Shown here one piece after another: positions 12,964 to 27,600 of a stretch of DNA of 64,000 nt. The notes below the pieces were generated by a model. The model ran no database searches, was not told the DNA's origin, and was given only the letters and a program-made list of their open reading frames with translations. A program made the position numbers and the translations under genes. This stretch comes from the human T2T-CHM13v2.0 reference genome, Homo sapiens, in the NCBI RefSeq assembly GCF_009914755.1, contig NC_060925.1; one strand, 5' to 3'. How positions within the stretch are numbered: position 1 is the first letter of the stretch; each line of letters begins with the position of its first letter.

Positions 12964-15900
12964 TTATGCGATTTCTATAGCCCAGGATATTAACTATTTG
13001 GAAAATGTCCTATGTGTTCCTCAAAAATGCATATTATATAGTTGTTGGAAGTGATGTTCTACATATGACAACACTTATAAAATGTCACATGTTTTATATA
13101 CAGATGTAATTGTTTATTCATTTTCAAATCTTTGATAGCTATACTAATATTTTGTGTACTTTTCCTGTCAAAATATTAGATGGGGATTTATATCTTCAAC
13201 TATGAGGATATATTTATTCTCTGTTTATTTCTGTCAACTTCAGTTTTATATACATATCTGAAACTATAAGTAGCACCTAAATTTAGGATTATATGTCCCT
13301 CTATTGAATTGATCTTTTTGTCATTATGAAATGTCCTCCATTTTGTCTACTAACATTTATTGTCTTAAAATCTATCTATATATCAATACATCTTATCTCT
13401 TTCTTTGTTTTCGAATTTTGTCTTTATATTTAAAGTATGTTTATAAGAATAAACAACATATATTTTTATTTTTTAAATCAATCTGAGAACTTTTATGCTT
13501 ATTTGGGTAGACTATTTAGATTTAATGCAACTACTGATATAGTTGAGTTTATGTTCACCACAGTGGTATTTGTCCTTTTATTCCCCACATTTGCTCTTTG
13601 TTACTGGCTTCTTCTTGCCACCCTCAAACTCCTTTATCAGCTTAACCTGTGTTTATTTAACATTTAGTGTTTCCTTACATTAATTTTCTAAATCATTCTT
13701 TTGGTTGTTACCTTTGGCATCATAATCTGAATCCTTGATCTACTATGGCCTACTTCATATTATTAATTCTTCAACTTCCATAACTTTTTAGGAATTTTAC
13801 CACAGTTTAGCTCCATATAGACCCCGTCATCATTTGTGACAAAATAATTGATGTCATACATTTTTTCTTACATGTTATCAACTTCAAAGTATGATTTTTA
13901 TGCCTTTTATCATAAATATTACTTTTTATTTACACACCTAGTTACCATTTCTAGAGGTTTGCACTCTTTCCTGCAGCTCTGTGCTTCCTTTTGGGATCTT
14001 TTCCTATGTCCTAATACACTTTATGATTTTTATAATGCCAGTCTTTTGATGATAACTTTTTTCAACTCTTTTGTTAAGAAAAATATTTTATTTTATCATT
14101 TTTGATGGATATGTTTCCTGGGTACAGAAATCTTGACTGGTAGTTTTCTTTTGTTGTTATTATTGTTAAAAAAATAATTTTAGCATTTAAAAAGTATCAT
14201 TCCATTATATTCTGGCATTCATTTATTGTTGTTGTTGAAAACTCAGACATCATTCTTATTTTTGCTCCACTGAAGGTAATAAGTCTCCCCACCCTCCCCA
14301 GGTGCTTTTGAAGGTTTTTCTTTGTCTTTTATTTTAAGCAATTTGACTGTAATATACCTGGATATGGCTTTCCTTATATTTGCCCTCCTTATGGTTTGCT
14401 AAACTTTGTTAAACTATGTGTGAACTTATTTTTCATATTTGATAATATTTGGCTATTCTACAATATTACTATTGTCTCATTCTTTCACTCTTTCCTTCTG
14501 GGTCCTCAAATACCTCATTGTTCTTTTTTTCATGTTTTCATTTCCTTCTCGATATGCTTCAGTTTGGACAATTACAACTGACCGTTGAGTTCTCTAATCT
14601 TGCCTTCTGCAATGTTTCATTGGCAAAACTTATCAATATTCTCTTCATTTCAGGTATTTTACTTTACATACCATTTTTTCCTATTAATTACTGTACAGAT
14701 TTCAATTTTGCATTGAAATATTTTTTATCTTATCATCCTTTCTGTCCACCTTGTCCTTTATTTTCTCTTAACATTAACTGAAGTTATTTTGAAGTCTTTG
14801 TCTGCCTCTATCGACTATTAACATTTCATTATTGGTCACTTCATGGATGACGCATAGTAAAACCTCTGGATTATTTTACCTTTTACTAATGAATACAAAA
14901 TTCTGTTTTGACGGGAAGTAAAATTACCAGATTACCTCGACCTTACTCAGCCTTGGCTTTAGGCTTCACTAGGGTGAATCTGTTTCAATTATCTCAATGT
15001 TCCTAAAGAATAGCCCTTATTCCTAAAGCATGGGAATTTACTCATAAAGGACGGACTTTTGGAGAGTCGAGTGAAAGCTCAGAGTATTCACCAAGGTTTC
15101 TCTACTGTGGTTAAGTCCAAACTCCATGTGTGCATCCTTAGCTCTATGTTGCCTGTGAAATCTCTACTTAGCTCCAACTACCAAGCAGATCTTCTCTACT
15201 ATGTTTCTCATAGGATTATTCTAAATGTTGGCCAAGCACCCAAAAAAGAATTGTTACACAGAATTTTTGAATTATTTTTCAGCATCAATCTTCTCTCTGG
15301 GAACCTACCCTCCAAATCTACTTTTGTAGCCCTGAATTCCAGTTTTTATTCCTTTACCAGATATACTAATGTCTCTGCTTGAGCTCAATAATTCCAGGTG
15401 TGTGCAACTCAGTTCATTTGCTTTTCTTCACTTAAGCATAATAGCTCTGCACTGTTGCTATAAATTGGCTACAAATAGGTGTTTCATATATATTTTGTTC
15501 CCAACTTACATTGTTGCATACGATATTAAGAACAAGGCTATTTACTTTATCAGGGATGGAATTGGTATTTTATCTACTGAGTTGCTAACTTCAGCTGTTA
15601 CTCCGCTCTAAAATTCCTATTCTAATATATTCCCATTTGCTACTTAAATTCTGAACATTTTCATTGATTTTATTGATAATATTAATTATAGTTATTTTAA
15701 AGTCTGTGTCTGGATATATGCATATATATCTACATGTATATGTGTGTATATGCCTATGTGTGTATGCAAATACATATTTCCATATATCTGAATTACTTGA
15801 GGATATGTTTCTATTTTTTATTTTATTTATCTTATCTTTTGGTTATTTGGCCCTATTTTCTGGTATGCCTGTTAATATTTGATTGAATGCCCGACATTGT

Positions 15901-17199
15901 ATAGGAAAAAATTGCACACTCTGGGACTCTGGTTGATGTGATCTTTCAGCAAATATCTAAATATTTTTGGTAAAAAAATAACTTTTATCTCATTAGTATA
16001 ATTAGTAGTTAAGAATAATTGAGGCTTTATCTGAGGAAGAAGAGCCTATTAATGATTTGCTCTTCTAGGATTTCAATTGAAAACCTGGCATGTATACCAG
16101 GACCCCACCTAGACTCTAATTTTTTGCCTGTCTTTTTTTTTTCCCTAAGACTATGCAATAGAGGAATTAACAAACAAAACAGAAGGAAAAACAAAGATAA
16201 TTTAAAAGGCTCACCTACATGGTTTTTCTTATATCTAGGATCTTGATCCCACAAGTCCTAGAAGCCTTTGTTACTCACTTATGTCTTTAACCATATTTTT
16301 GAGAAATTTTTTCCAGCTTCTATTTCTTTTCTCAGCAGGAGGATTTTTTGATATGCTTCATAGCTGGAGACAGAAGTCACTTGTAATTACTTAATTACAT
16401 GTTTGATGCATGATTTCACTGCAAGACTTTAAGCTCCCTAAGGTTAGGAATCATTCTTGTGTTGCTCAGTATCCTTTTTACGACAGCAATCATAACATCA
16501 GCTAGTGGAGTGAAATAAGGAAAAACTGCATACGAACCGAATGAGTGATTGAACTCTTCCATTTAAAGGTGGATGTAGAAAGCAATATCAAAGCTTGAAA
16601 CACAGTTTAGGGAAAATAGAAGGAGAAACCTAGTGAGAAATATTTAGTTTCTTCTTATTTTTTAAAAGGAAAAAATGGCACCAATATTATTTATTGGCAC
16701 ATAGGGTGAGGATTAAGGAAAGTTCTCTGACTTGAAAACTATTGATAATCTAGAAGAAAGTATTTACAATAAAGAAGTGGAAGAAAAGAATCCAAATGAC
16801 AGTAGATTGAGGAGTAATTGATCCATGAGAAAATGACACATAGAGAGTCTTAGTTTTCGAGAAGACTGATTATGAAGACAGGGGGAATAATAGAGTTAGG
16901 TTTATAAGTACACATAACATTTAAAGTTGGCTGTTTAAATAGATGTGGAGAAATGAGATGCAGAACATGTATGCTTCTAGTGGAAGAAGAAAGGTAACAA
17001 TGACAACAAAAAACAGGTCAGAGGTTCACAGAATGAGTAAAATAAAGTGAATGATCAGAGTACCGTGTAGTAGAGAGAGGTCATAAAGAAGTATCAACAA
17101 GATTTATGTGACTTAGGGACATAAAATATATGTATGCAATGGAAAGGCACATAATTGAAGTCCAGAATTACAGAATGCTGGTCACAAATGCATACACAA

Positions 17200-17390
17200 T
17201 ACTAAGACACTGTGTACTAATCCTTTACAGTGATTGCATTGAAACCTTACAATAAGCCATTTAACAGATGAAGAAACTGAGTTTCACACTGGGGGAATGA
17301 CTTGTGCAAAGTCGCACACCAGCATGTTGGGGAGCCAGATTTGAAACCTGGGGAGTCTGACTCCAGAACCTGCACCATTTACTACAGCCA
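17200..17390 (-). mobile_element. MIR fragment
   Basis: MIR core in reverse: ccatttaacagatgaagaaactgag…ttgaaacctggggagtctgactccaga. Confidence 0.7.
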
Positions 17391-18019
17391 TTGCCACTTT
17401 CTGAACTAGACTGCCAACATCAATACCTCCATTGTCCTTGAAATAGAATTCAATCAGCATGATGCTGTTAATCCATCCATAGCATTGATCACTGTTGTTT
17501 TTAAAGCACTTTCAAGATTAAAAGTGCTTTTTATTGTACTGTATATGTTTATTATGACTGTCATCTTAAACCTATTGCAATAAGCCCTAATGATATGTAT
17601 AGGTAAAAGTGTCAAAATATTCATTAACCTCAAAATTTAATAAGCCTAAGGAGATCATGTATCTAAGAGATGTGCAACCACCTAGTTTTCAGCAACACAA
17701 TGTGATAGCTATGGTGGGGCAGAAAACAATTTCTGATATAACACTCTAGCTATAACAACTGGTGTACAAGTAACTTTGCCAGCAACTGAGGACCATTAAC
17801 AAGAAATTTCTTTTTGTCTCTGGTACTATACAGTTTAAAATGTATTTTCTTACACATCTAAGGCCAATAGAGACTAAACAAATTGAGTTATCACTCTAAA
17901 CCATCAATACTTTCAAAAACGTGGATTTAAAAATGTGAACTATATTCAAAAGCATAATGAATTTTGCCATTAAATAATTCTTACAGCTAAGTGATCCATC
18001 TTTTGGATTTCCCTCTTTT

Positions 18020-19110
18020 CTATCACTCATTTAGTTAATAAATATTTATTGAGTATCTGGTAAATGTCTTATGCCGTGCAAGACACAAATGTGTTAAGCA
18101 TGAAAAAGATAGTCATAATTTCAGTCTACATGAAACATAGATAAGCAAACAACCAGTTTTTTTTTTTTTTTCAACAGGTGTTTTTGGGAACAGGCAGTAT
18201 TTGGTTATATGAATACGTTCTTTAGTGTTGATTTCTGAGATTTTGGTACACACATCACCTGAACAGTGTACACTGTACCCAATGTGTAGTTTTTTTTATC
18301 CCTCACCCCATCCCACACTTTCCCCTGAGTCCCCAAAGTCCATTGTATCATCGTTACGCCTTTGCGTCCTCATAGCTTAGCTCCCTGAACAACCTGTCTT
18401 AATAGAATGCGGTAAGAGCTAAAATAGAGTAATTGTTGGTTTCTATAGTAGTACATAAGAGAGGTCCTCAACCCAGATTTGGCATGGGAGGAGGCTGGGG
18501 TTGCTGGAAGTTTATTTAGGGGAACAGCTAAGCTAACCCTTTCATGATGAGTAGCAATTAGCCAGGTGAAAGGAAAGCGAAGTACTTGCAAATAGATGAG
18601 GGCATACCCGGCAAAGGTATCAATATGTTCAAAGAGATGGGCATCTGAGAGAGTGTGCTATATTCAAGCACTGGGACTAAAAAATGGTCTAGAGCTAGAG
18701 AGTATACCAGTCCTTGGTGGGAGAGATGAGGAGGTATATAGGTAGAAAGCAGGTAAGCAGAAAAGGGTTTGTGAAGGGCATCTCTCGCTGGGAAACCATT
18801 AAAAGGTTTTACACAAGAGAATGCCAATAAAAATAATTCGTTTGAAGAACAGCCTGGAGAAGATTGAAACTGTTGGCAGAGAAGCCCACAACATAGGTCT
18901 GGACTAGGCAGTAGCGTAGGACCAGCAGGTAGTTCCAAGAGATGTATCCGAGGAAGAACGGCCAGAGGAGGAATCATTAATAGAATGGGAGGAAATGAGT
19001 GAATAGTTCAAGTGCCAATTCAAGGAGAGTTCCAAGGTTTCCGCCTAAGGCAATAGTGATATTCACTGTAGATGGTACACACGGAAGGAGGAACAGGTTT
19101 CAGGAGAGGA
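18020..19110 (-). mobile_element. L2 fragment interrupted by a short L1
   Basis: L2 3'-end signature tcactcatttagttaataaatatttattgag followed by a purine-rich L2-like body. Boundaries approximate. Confidence 0.6.
18157..18387 (-). mobile_element. Short L1 3'-end insertion (L1PB/L1MA-like)
   Basis: Poly-T plus L1 3'UTR text, flanked on both sides by AACAACC(A/T)GT (TSD). Confidence 0.8.
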
Positions 19111-19533
19111 AAAAAATGAAGGGAAGAAGCTGAGAAAAATGCATCTACATTGATTTTTAATTTTCTGCTGGAGGGAGGATCAGTCAATCATTCCCACACA
19201 TTTCCCTTAAGTCCTTATTCTTCCTTTATGATATTCCCCAAGGATGCCCCTTTTTTGTGAAAATGATATGGCCACCATTGCCAGAGATGACTTTAGATGG
19301 CTTGAGGGTTTCTTCCTCTCTCCTTCTGTCTCATGCCTTTATTTTGAAGTTGCACTAAAGTCAAAGAATTTCCAAATGGAAACTGCTCATCAGTCAAGGA
19401 ACTGAGCCTCCCTTTTCAAAGCTCCAAACAAACGGCCTATGGCTATGTTTGTGAGCCTCCTTATATATATATACCTTAAATATGGTTTTCATATTATTAC
19501 TTAACATTTCCCCCACTTCAATGAAACTGTTAG

Positions 19534-20231
19534 TGTTACAGTTGGCAGTTAGACTATGGGCAGGGTCAGAGAAGCACCGCCCCCCACAACGCCCCACCAG
19601 AAATGTCAGGCAACCGTCAGGTGATAATTGTTACACTATCTCTCTAAAATAATAAGAATCAGTCACAGCCAGTGCCAGGGAAAGGCAGTCTCCCTATAGA
19701 TAGAAACACCTGAGACGGGTGATCAGCAGCTTCCCAATGAGATCTCAGGAGATGGGTGAGTGGGCTCAAGCATGCGCACTAAGAGGCAAAATGTTGGCGC
19801 TTAACCGGTATATGACCTTCTGGGAACACTTAACTGGCAAGGAAACATGCCTTAAGTGAGCATGCCTATAACTTCAGTAAACACACTGGACATTCAACTT
19901 CTCCCAATTGCTGGCAGACTACTGTACACGTGGACAGCCCACCCCAAGGGAAGAATCAGGGGAGAAGGGACGCAAGACCTCGGAAGCATGCCATTATATA
20001 AAACCCCAAGTAAAGGTCAAATCATCTCTCAAGTCACCCACTTGGCCCTCTTCCAAGTATACTTTATTTCCTTTCATTCCTGCTCTAAAATTTTTAAATA
20101 AATTTTCACTCTTGCTCTAAAATTTGTCTTGGTCTCTTAATATGCCTTATGTCCCCTCAATCAAATTCTTTCTTCTGAGAATGCAAAAATTGAGGTGGCT
20201 ACAGATCTATATGAATTTGCCGCCAGTAACA
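19534..20231 (+). mobile_element. Solo ERV1 LTR (MER4-group; subfamily uncertain)
   Basis: Inverted termini TGTTAC…GTAACA, perfect 4-bp TSD TTAG, TATAAA near 19997, AATAAA near 20097. Confidence 0.85.
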
Positions 20232-20729
20232 TTAGTGCATAATCTTCTAAAACATTTCTTTAGAGCACTGGAACCAAGTTTTGAAAGAGATGGCATTTTG
20301 ACAATGATGTTCCCAGATTCCTCTCTATCTGAATAGAAAGGAACTTAATCTATACACTTCAAGAGTGCTGTAACTGGTATAAAATAACTATAACTATACA
20401 TTTTTAAATGTTTTAACTAATTTTTTTCAAGAAAACATACACAAAATAATTCATCTTACTAAATCAAAAATCAATCATCTTCAAAGGTGCTAGTTTCACT
20501 ACCATTGCTGACCAATTATGATTCTTTTTCTGCTCAAAGTTCCTTTTCCAACCCATTTAAGCTGAATGAAGGGGAAATTAAAATTAATGTGTTATATTGA
20601 TACAAAATATCATTAAGCAACAGCATTTTTTTTAAGCAATGAAGTCTTTGAAAAGATTCCAAAATGCCAACATACTGGCAGAAAAGACACTGGACAATTT
20701 GAGCAGGTACATTTGAGACTATATAGAAA

Positions 20730-21462
20730 TGAAAATGACTTTGCAAAAATTATAACTAAGAAAATTATGACAGTGAAAGAGACCTGGCCTAAATAACTCT
20801 ATCTTACTTATAAACTCTAATATGTCCTTGTTCACTGCTGGGCAAAGGTTGACCTAACCTTGGGAAAAAATTTAGTTTACAATTTAGTTTTGAAACAAAG
20901 ATGGTAACAGCCTTTTCCCTAAATAGACCCCCTTCTTGCCTGGGGACCTGTCTGCCTTTGTATGACTAACAAATTTGCTACAAGATAAGGAATGATGGTT
21001 TAGAAGCCGTGCAGCCTCCAGCTGCAAGATTCCGAACCTCCCCAAATTGCTCCTGGGGATAACATCACTGTTGGAAAATTTAAGATCAGTGTTTGAGATA
21101 TTTTGCAGTCCCTTAACTCATGAAATAGCTATCACCACCCAGATTGATAAACTGGCTCATCTGATCTTGTGGTCCTCACCCAGGAACTGACTCACCACAA
21201 GAGGACAGCTTTGACTCCCTAGGATTTCATGTCCGACCCAACCAATCAGCACTCCCACTTCCCAACCCCTTACCAGCCAAATTACTCTTAAAAACTCTGA
21301 TCCCCAAACTCTCCAAGAGACTGATTTCAGTAATAATAAAACTCAAGTTTCCCATACAGCAGGCTCTATGTGAATTAAACTCTTTCTCTATTGCAATTCC
21401 CCTGTCTTGATAAACTGGCTCTGTCTAGGCAGTGGGCAAGGAGAACCCATTGAGTGGTTGCG
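20730..21462 (+). mobile_element. Solo LTR8A-like LTR (ERV1)
   Basis: Starts TGAAAATGACTTTGCAAAAATTATAAC, 4-bp TSD GAAA on both sides, homologous to the element at 7378-8116. Confidence 0.85.
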
Positions 21463-24400
21463 GAAAACCCAGAGACCTTCTGGAAAACATATGTTTATGC
21501 ATGTGGGATGAGTATATAGGAACACACGTGTGGTTTATATATCAGGTGACAATGCATTTTGAAAAATTTTAACAGTGATGGACAAAAACAGATGCTTTAA
21601 GTTAACTAAAATACTGCTAACAGCTAACAAAAACAGTTTGTTTTCAGTGTTGGCTCAGCTTACCAGTTACCTAACATTAATATTTCAAAAAAAAGGGAGA
21701 CTTACAGGAATGTACTTCAAAATAAGTCACTTTTAAAAGGCAAGGGTTAAAACACATGCATTCTTAAATTGGTCTTATGATGTAGTTGATGAATGGGGAA
21801 ATAATGGTCCTCTCCCATCTCGCAGTGCCATCAATGCCACCTGAAGGCATTTCCTGAGAACTTACTTATACCTCTCTACTAAATATAATAAAAAATAAAC
21901 AGTCTTGACATTTACATCTCCATATCTCTAGTTATCATGAGTCAGTGTGACTTCTGTTATTCTAAGAAGATATGCATTTTGATCCTTGTCCTCAGTCCAA
22001 ACTGATTAACTCAACCATTCTCATCTCTTCTGATTGTTTCATAATCAGAAAACACAGCAGAGTTTTGTCACTGCCTGAGAATTATTTCTCCTTTACTTTG
22101 CTGCCACATACCATGTTCTTACTCTTTCCTTTACTTTTTTAGTATAATTACTGCCTGTTCATTAAACTTCTAGGACACATAGTAGATTATTATATTTGTT
22201 TTTCAATAACTAGGGCTGAAATCTAACATCAAAGGTTAGGTAAAATTTGTGATTTAAATCTGTCTTGAAAAGAACTGGGGTTTTGTTTAGTTGTTTTGTT
22301 TTTTATTTTTTTCAAGCGCTTTCTGTCAAAATACTTGCTCCCACTCCAAGGAAAACAAATAGTGGGACACCAAGGGTGTTGAAGGTCAGAATTAATATGC
22401 TTTTACTAATTAGTCTATCTGAAGAAGTTTGCCCTACTTGCACCTTCACTATAAATGCTTATAATCAGCTTTCTTTTAATGAAGTGCTTAAATGTCCCAA
22501 TTCACTAAAAATAAGAAGACTAATAACAATAAGGCATAAATATTATGGAGTAAAAGAAATAAAGAATATGCTCTTAAACATATTGATTTTTGGTGGTTGC
22601 ATTTCTTTTTTCATCCCTTGGTAATTAATTGCATTTCGTATTCTAAAGCATTTTAGTTCAACCATTTTTGGGAAGGTGAATACTATGATACAAAAATGTA
22701 TGACAATCATTTAGTGTCCTTGAACATCATTATTATGAAGAAACTGTATAGAGTTCTCATCTGCAAGATATTCAACATCAGTAATCACATTTCTCGTGAA
22801 GACAAATAAAAGGGAATTATATCCAGGTGCATGTGTGTGCTCATCTCCCCAGTGGTTTGCTACAAAGATCTCCCCAAAGGCAGTTCCTGATTTCTGGGCA
22901 GGGTCACCAGTAAAGGCAGTTTAAAAGGCTGGTGTGATTGGCATCTGGATACTACAATAGTCAAACCTTCCCCCAAATGATCATGGACCTGTTTTCGCTA
23001 ATAGGAAAAAATAAGTGACAAGGAGAAAGAGGGTCACCTTTGGAATGCCAATCTGAGCAGTATTTTACTTGCTGTTTTTACCAGGTTCCACTTGGATTAC
23101 TAGCATTACAAGGAAAGAACTAAATTCTTTGTATAAATCAAGTAGATTTACTCTGCATTCCTGAAAAAAACGAGCATGATTTTTTTTTCTCTCCAAAGGC
23201 ACAATGATATCCCCTTCTAGTTGCATATGGGAGGGGAGGCTCTATTTGCTATTTCTGTGTTGGAAGAAGAAAGTATTTTTAACCCCATGTAACTGGGGCA
23301 CTGTTTCACCATGATTGTTTATATCATTGCCCAATTACAAGATCACGAAACTATTTTAATTTTCTGCTTTTTTTATAACATCTGATATGACCCAATAATT
23401 GAATATCTATTTTATGTTGAACTCTGCCCATATCACTAAATTTCTTAAATTATTAGAGAAAAGCAGTAAATTTGTATCAATCTTAAATTGTATTAATAAA
23501 CAAAATATTATAGAAAACAATTTATTTTAAACTCTAGGTGTTTTTTTAACTCACAGATGCCATGATTACAGCCTGTATTTTGGATTGTGGGGCCTCCTAA
23601 ACATTCTATGTTCACAGAATTGGAATTTTAGAGGTTAGAACATTGATCATGCAACAAAATCCTCAATTTAATAGATGAGCAAGATTAGACACTCAGAAAA
23701 GTAGTTTGCCCAAGTCCTCACCACTAAGTCAATTAATTTTACTATTTTCAATAGCAAAATTAAGTATCACATTTTAATATGGAATATTGCATATTACTCA
23801 TGCCCTAGATATAACATTTGAGCAAACATATTTTGCATGTGTAACAGCAAATAAATTAATAGAATGCTGATTTTATAACTGCAGAATACTCTCACTTAGG
23901 AAAGCTCCTGTCTCATAGTAGGCACTTAATAAATATTTATTAAATGAATAATAACTAATAGCTAATGTTTAATGAGTACTAAATAATCTGTGTGGTAGGC
24001 ACTGTGCAAAGTTCATTAGGTGGGCTATCTACTTTAAATCCTCACCTACCTGCTAGATACCAATACTGTCAGTGGAATTATGTTAATTTTAAAGAAAAGG
24101 AAACAGAAGCACAAAAAATGATTAAATGAGTTGTCTAATTACATTTAGCTAATAAATAATGGGGCCTGGATTTGAAAGTAATTTATCAGTTAATCTTCTT
24201 CGAAGTCCTCATAATAATATACAGAGAGTTAATTATTTTAAATTTAAACTATGATGTAAATGACTGATAATACATTCTTCCTGAAGATTAGATTTTTTAA
24301 AAGAACACTTGTATCAGAAAAGAAAAGGAAGCAAAAATAGGTCCCAAAATAGCTTTATCTGGTTCTTTATTCTGCCCAAAGGTAGATATTGACAGGGTTT

Positions 24401-26796
24401 ATTTACAGTATTAAGCTTGGTAATTTACAATATTAAACAACATTTTAGGACATATATTCATATGCTTGAATTATTCTCTTTCTATTGTGTAAGATAAAAA
24501 TATTTAAAGCAAATATGAACGAGGCATAAGTTGTGTAAGAGATCCCTTTCTTGTACTACAATAATGAGATATTTCTTACTGAGACTTGCAACATAATGTT
24601 CATGGCCATGAAATGTGTTATGAATGCGTTTATAATTCCTGTCATTGATGGGTACAATCTAACTTATCTTTTCATATATAAAATATGTATAATTATGTAC
24701 ATCAACCTTATATTTGTATTTGAGTACTAATTGATATTTCTATTCAGAAGTCATTTTAGTTGAAGTTTGAGATTTTGAATTGAATAATTCAAAACAAAGG
24801 ACATCTTAGTTTATCTTAAAGTTATTAACTTTTAAAATGTAATTCATCATATTAGAGGTTTCAAGGATTTGCTCATTAAATTTGCCTCAGAATATAAAAA
24901 CTGAATGAAATATAAAGGAATGTGAGTTGAAAGCACTGTTTTAACGCATAACACTTCAGCCCATTTCACATAATGTTATTTATATTTTAAACATCTAGCT
25001 TCTAGTAACACTCTGGGTTTAATTGCTATTAAAAAAAAACCTGATGCCTACATGTCTTTGGGGATACAAATAAATGAATAAATAATGCCAACACTACTTG
25101 CTGTTTGTGAGCTGAAACTAACTGAAAGACAAATCCAAAAAGTTTAGCAGTGTCGGATAAGGAATATTTGGGTGATAATTATTTCACCTCCTATCCCTCT
25201 TTCTTACTTTTGTATACTTCCTATTCTATCACTTCCAAAGAACAGTCTACAAAAGTTCCTTTCCACCCTGTAGCAGAGACCTTGCCTTTAAATTTGGAAG
25301 GCTCCAATTCACGTTTCCACCCTGAAATTCAATAGCTGTGGCACAATGGGCAAGTCACTCACTGGAGCCTCTTTTCCTCCTGTACTACGAGGGTAAAAAG
25401 AGCTACTTTATAGGGTTGCAGAGGGATTAAATAGGATAATATATCAGTAAGAATAATGTAAGATGCTAATTATATGCTTACCTCTCTATTTAGGAAAGAT
25501 GCAAGTTTACAGAAAGTTATTGAGTTGGTTTTGAAAACCTGTCCTAGCTCATTAATTGGGTACATTTAGTTAGGCTTCGGTACAACTCAATAAAATCATT
25601 CAGCCAAACCTGGCAAGTCAGCCAAAGGATCAAACCAATAACTTAGTATATACATGGTTATATTAAAAGTTAAAGGGGTCTTAAAAGTAAAGCCAAGCTA
25701 CCACTAAAAAGGGCATCAGCAATGTCCCAGAACATGCCTGAACACAGAAGAACTTCTCATTCTCCAGGAATCACCAAAGCTCCAGGGAGTAGTTCAAGCC
25801 AAAATTGTGATCTCCCTGCCTTGTCCTTCAAATGGTGTGTACTCCAAGCATATTTTCTGTGCAGCTGGAGGCTTTGTTATAGACAGAAGGATCCTGCTTA
25901 GTGAGGCCAGTGTTTACAGCCTAACTTTTTTAAAGAGGAATTTGGAAAACTTCCCAGACACTGCATCTGCCCCTAGCCCTTGCACCTCAGAGTATAAGGC
26001 CAGCAAGGGAGATAGCGAGGATGACCAAATTTATTAACGGTGGACGGGCCATTCTATCTTTCACTGCAACAACAGTAGGTGATCCCATCAAAAATCTGTC
26101 TGCTGGCTAGCCTGCAAATCCAAGCTGACATCCTTGCAGCAGCTATGCCCAGCTGAATGGAAACGGATGCTATTTCTTGGAAGAAACACATCTCAAGCCA
26201 AATATTGGATCAGGGAGGTAGTTTCCATTTTCATTTGAGAAAAGAGTTTTACTATTATTCATGTATTCCTTTTCCTTACCTTTTTTTTCTTTTCTTTTTT
26301 GCCATTTTAAGAATATAAAGCAGAAGTTGAGCATTTTTAGCTCAATGGTTCAATTTCTAATACTCTGCAATGATTTTGATGTACTGAGAGAGTAGTTAAT
26401 CATGCATTAATCTCAATATATCTCAGTTAGAATATAATCATGATTCATTACCAAGGTGAATCAGCAGCCAGTCTCAATGAAAAGCAAACTATTTACTATT
26501 TTAAGTAAAAATAAAACAATACAAATTTTTATAGCTCGAATTCCATTTCATTGTCTTCACATGTGCAATATTTTAAAGACTAGCTATTTGCTCCAAAATG
26601 ACTTTCTCATGGATGATTAAATGAACATCTTTATGAGTTTACATAATAATATATATCTTATACTTTGTAAATTTTTTTAAAAATTGGAAAAATGGTGTAC
26701 CATAAGTAGAGTTTTTTTACAGCTATATTGAAATCATGCTATTAGAAGCTGTAAGTCACAGAGGTCATGGGACTTCCAAAATATTGCGGTACTAGT

Positions 26797-27016
26797 AAGG
26801 CCAGGAGGAGGGTAAGGCCAGTGAGGCAGGATTGTGCTGGTACAGAGTTCAATCTGTCTTTATTTAAGCTTTTGATAATATTTTTATAGTGCTTTCACAT
26901 TGATTTTCATTTTTAAAAATATTGCATTAAAATTTACATTAACACTGAGTTTTTTAGTGCCTTTAAATTTTGTGACCGAAACAAGAGCCTCACTTGCTTT
27001 ACCATAGTCCTGGCTT
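26797..27016. mobile_element. Non-autonomous DNA transposon (MITE, hAT-like)
   Basis: About 30-bp terminal inverted arms at 26798-26827 and 26987-27016 (24/30 match) around an AT-rich core. Confidence 0.65.
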
Positions 27017-27586
27017 AGAGAAGTTATCTTTTCCCTGGGATTAGTTTTCCCCACAATGTTCTTCATAGAACATGAGATATTAAGTTGTCACAGTGAAAAA
27101 AAGAAGAAGGAAACAGCAAGAGAAAGAAAAAGAAAACATTACATCAAATATCTGTTAGGCATGATTAGCTAAGCAAAGTTGAATAGCTTTCTTACAATGC
27201 TTTTTGGAGTTTCAGTAACGGGGTGCATACTGAGAATCTCCAATAGCATGAGGGCATTTTGCAAACTCATTTGCTCAGAGAACACAGTGAATAATATTTC
27301 AAGAAACATGTCCTGGCACATACTTCACAAAAAGACAAATACAAAGCACATACTTTGATCCAATAAGGCTGCTTCTTCATCTTCATCTTTTATTTTTCCT
27401 TTCCTTCACTTACCTGACTTTTTTCCCCAGAATTCTAAAAAGATGGACATGCTGAAACAATCAGGCAAAAGCTATCAAAGGGCTGAATTAGTATTTCTCT
27501 AAGTAGGTATAATAAAAATTCATTGTAAAGGGATATGAAAATATAGAAAACATTTTGGAGCTTCGTGTCTCCTAAATAAAGCAATG

Positions 27587-27600
27587 TCAAACACACTTAC
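27587..27600 (-). CDS. USH2A: Intron-derived C-terminus of the short USH2A isoform (G-K-C-V-stop)
   Basis: Read-through of the exon 21 donor gives ACT GGT AAG TGT GTT TGA. Consistent with the known 21-exon short secreted isoform. Confidence 0.85.

Noticed and set aside
17503-17530. Short inverted repeat aaagcacttt…aaagtgcttt
   Set aside because: A 10-bp AT-rich stem is expected by chance in 64 kb and is too short for a miRNA precursor.
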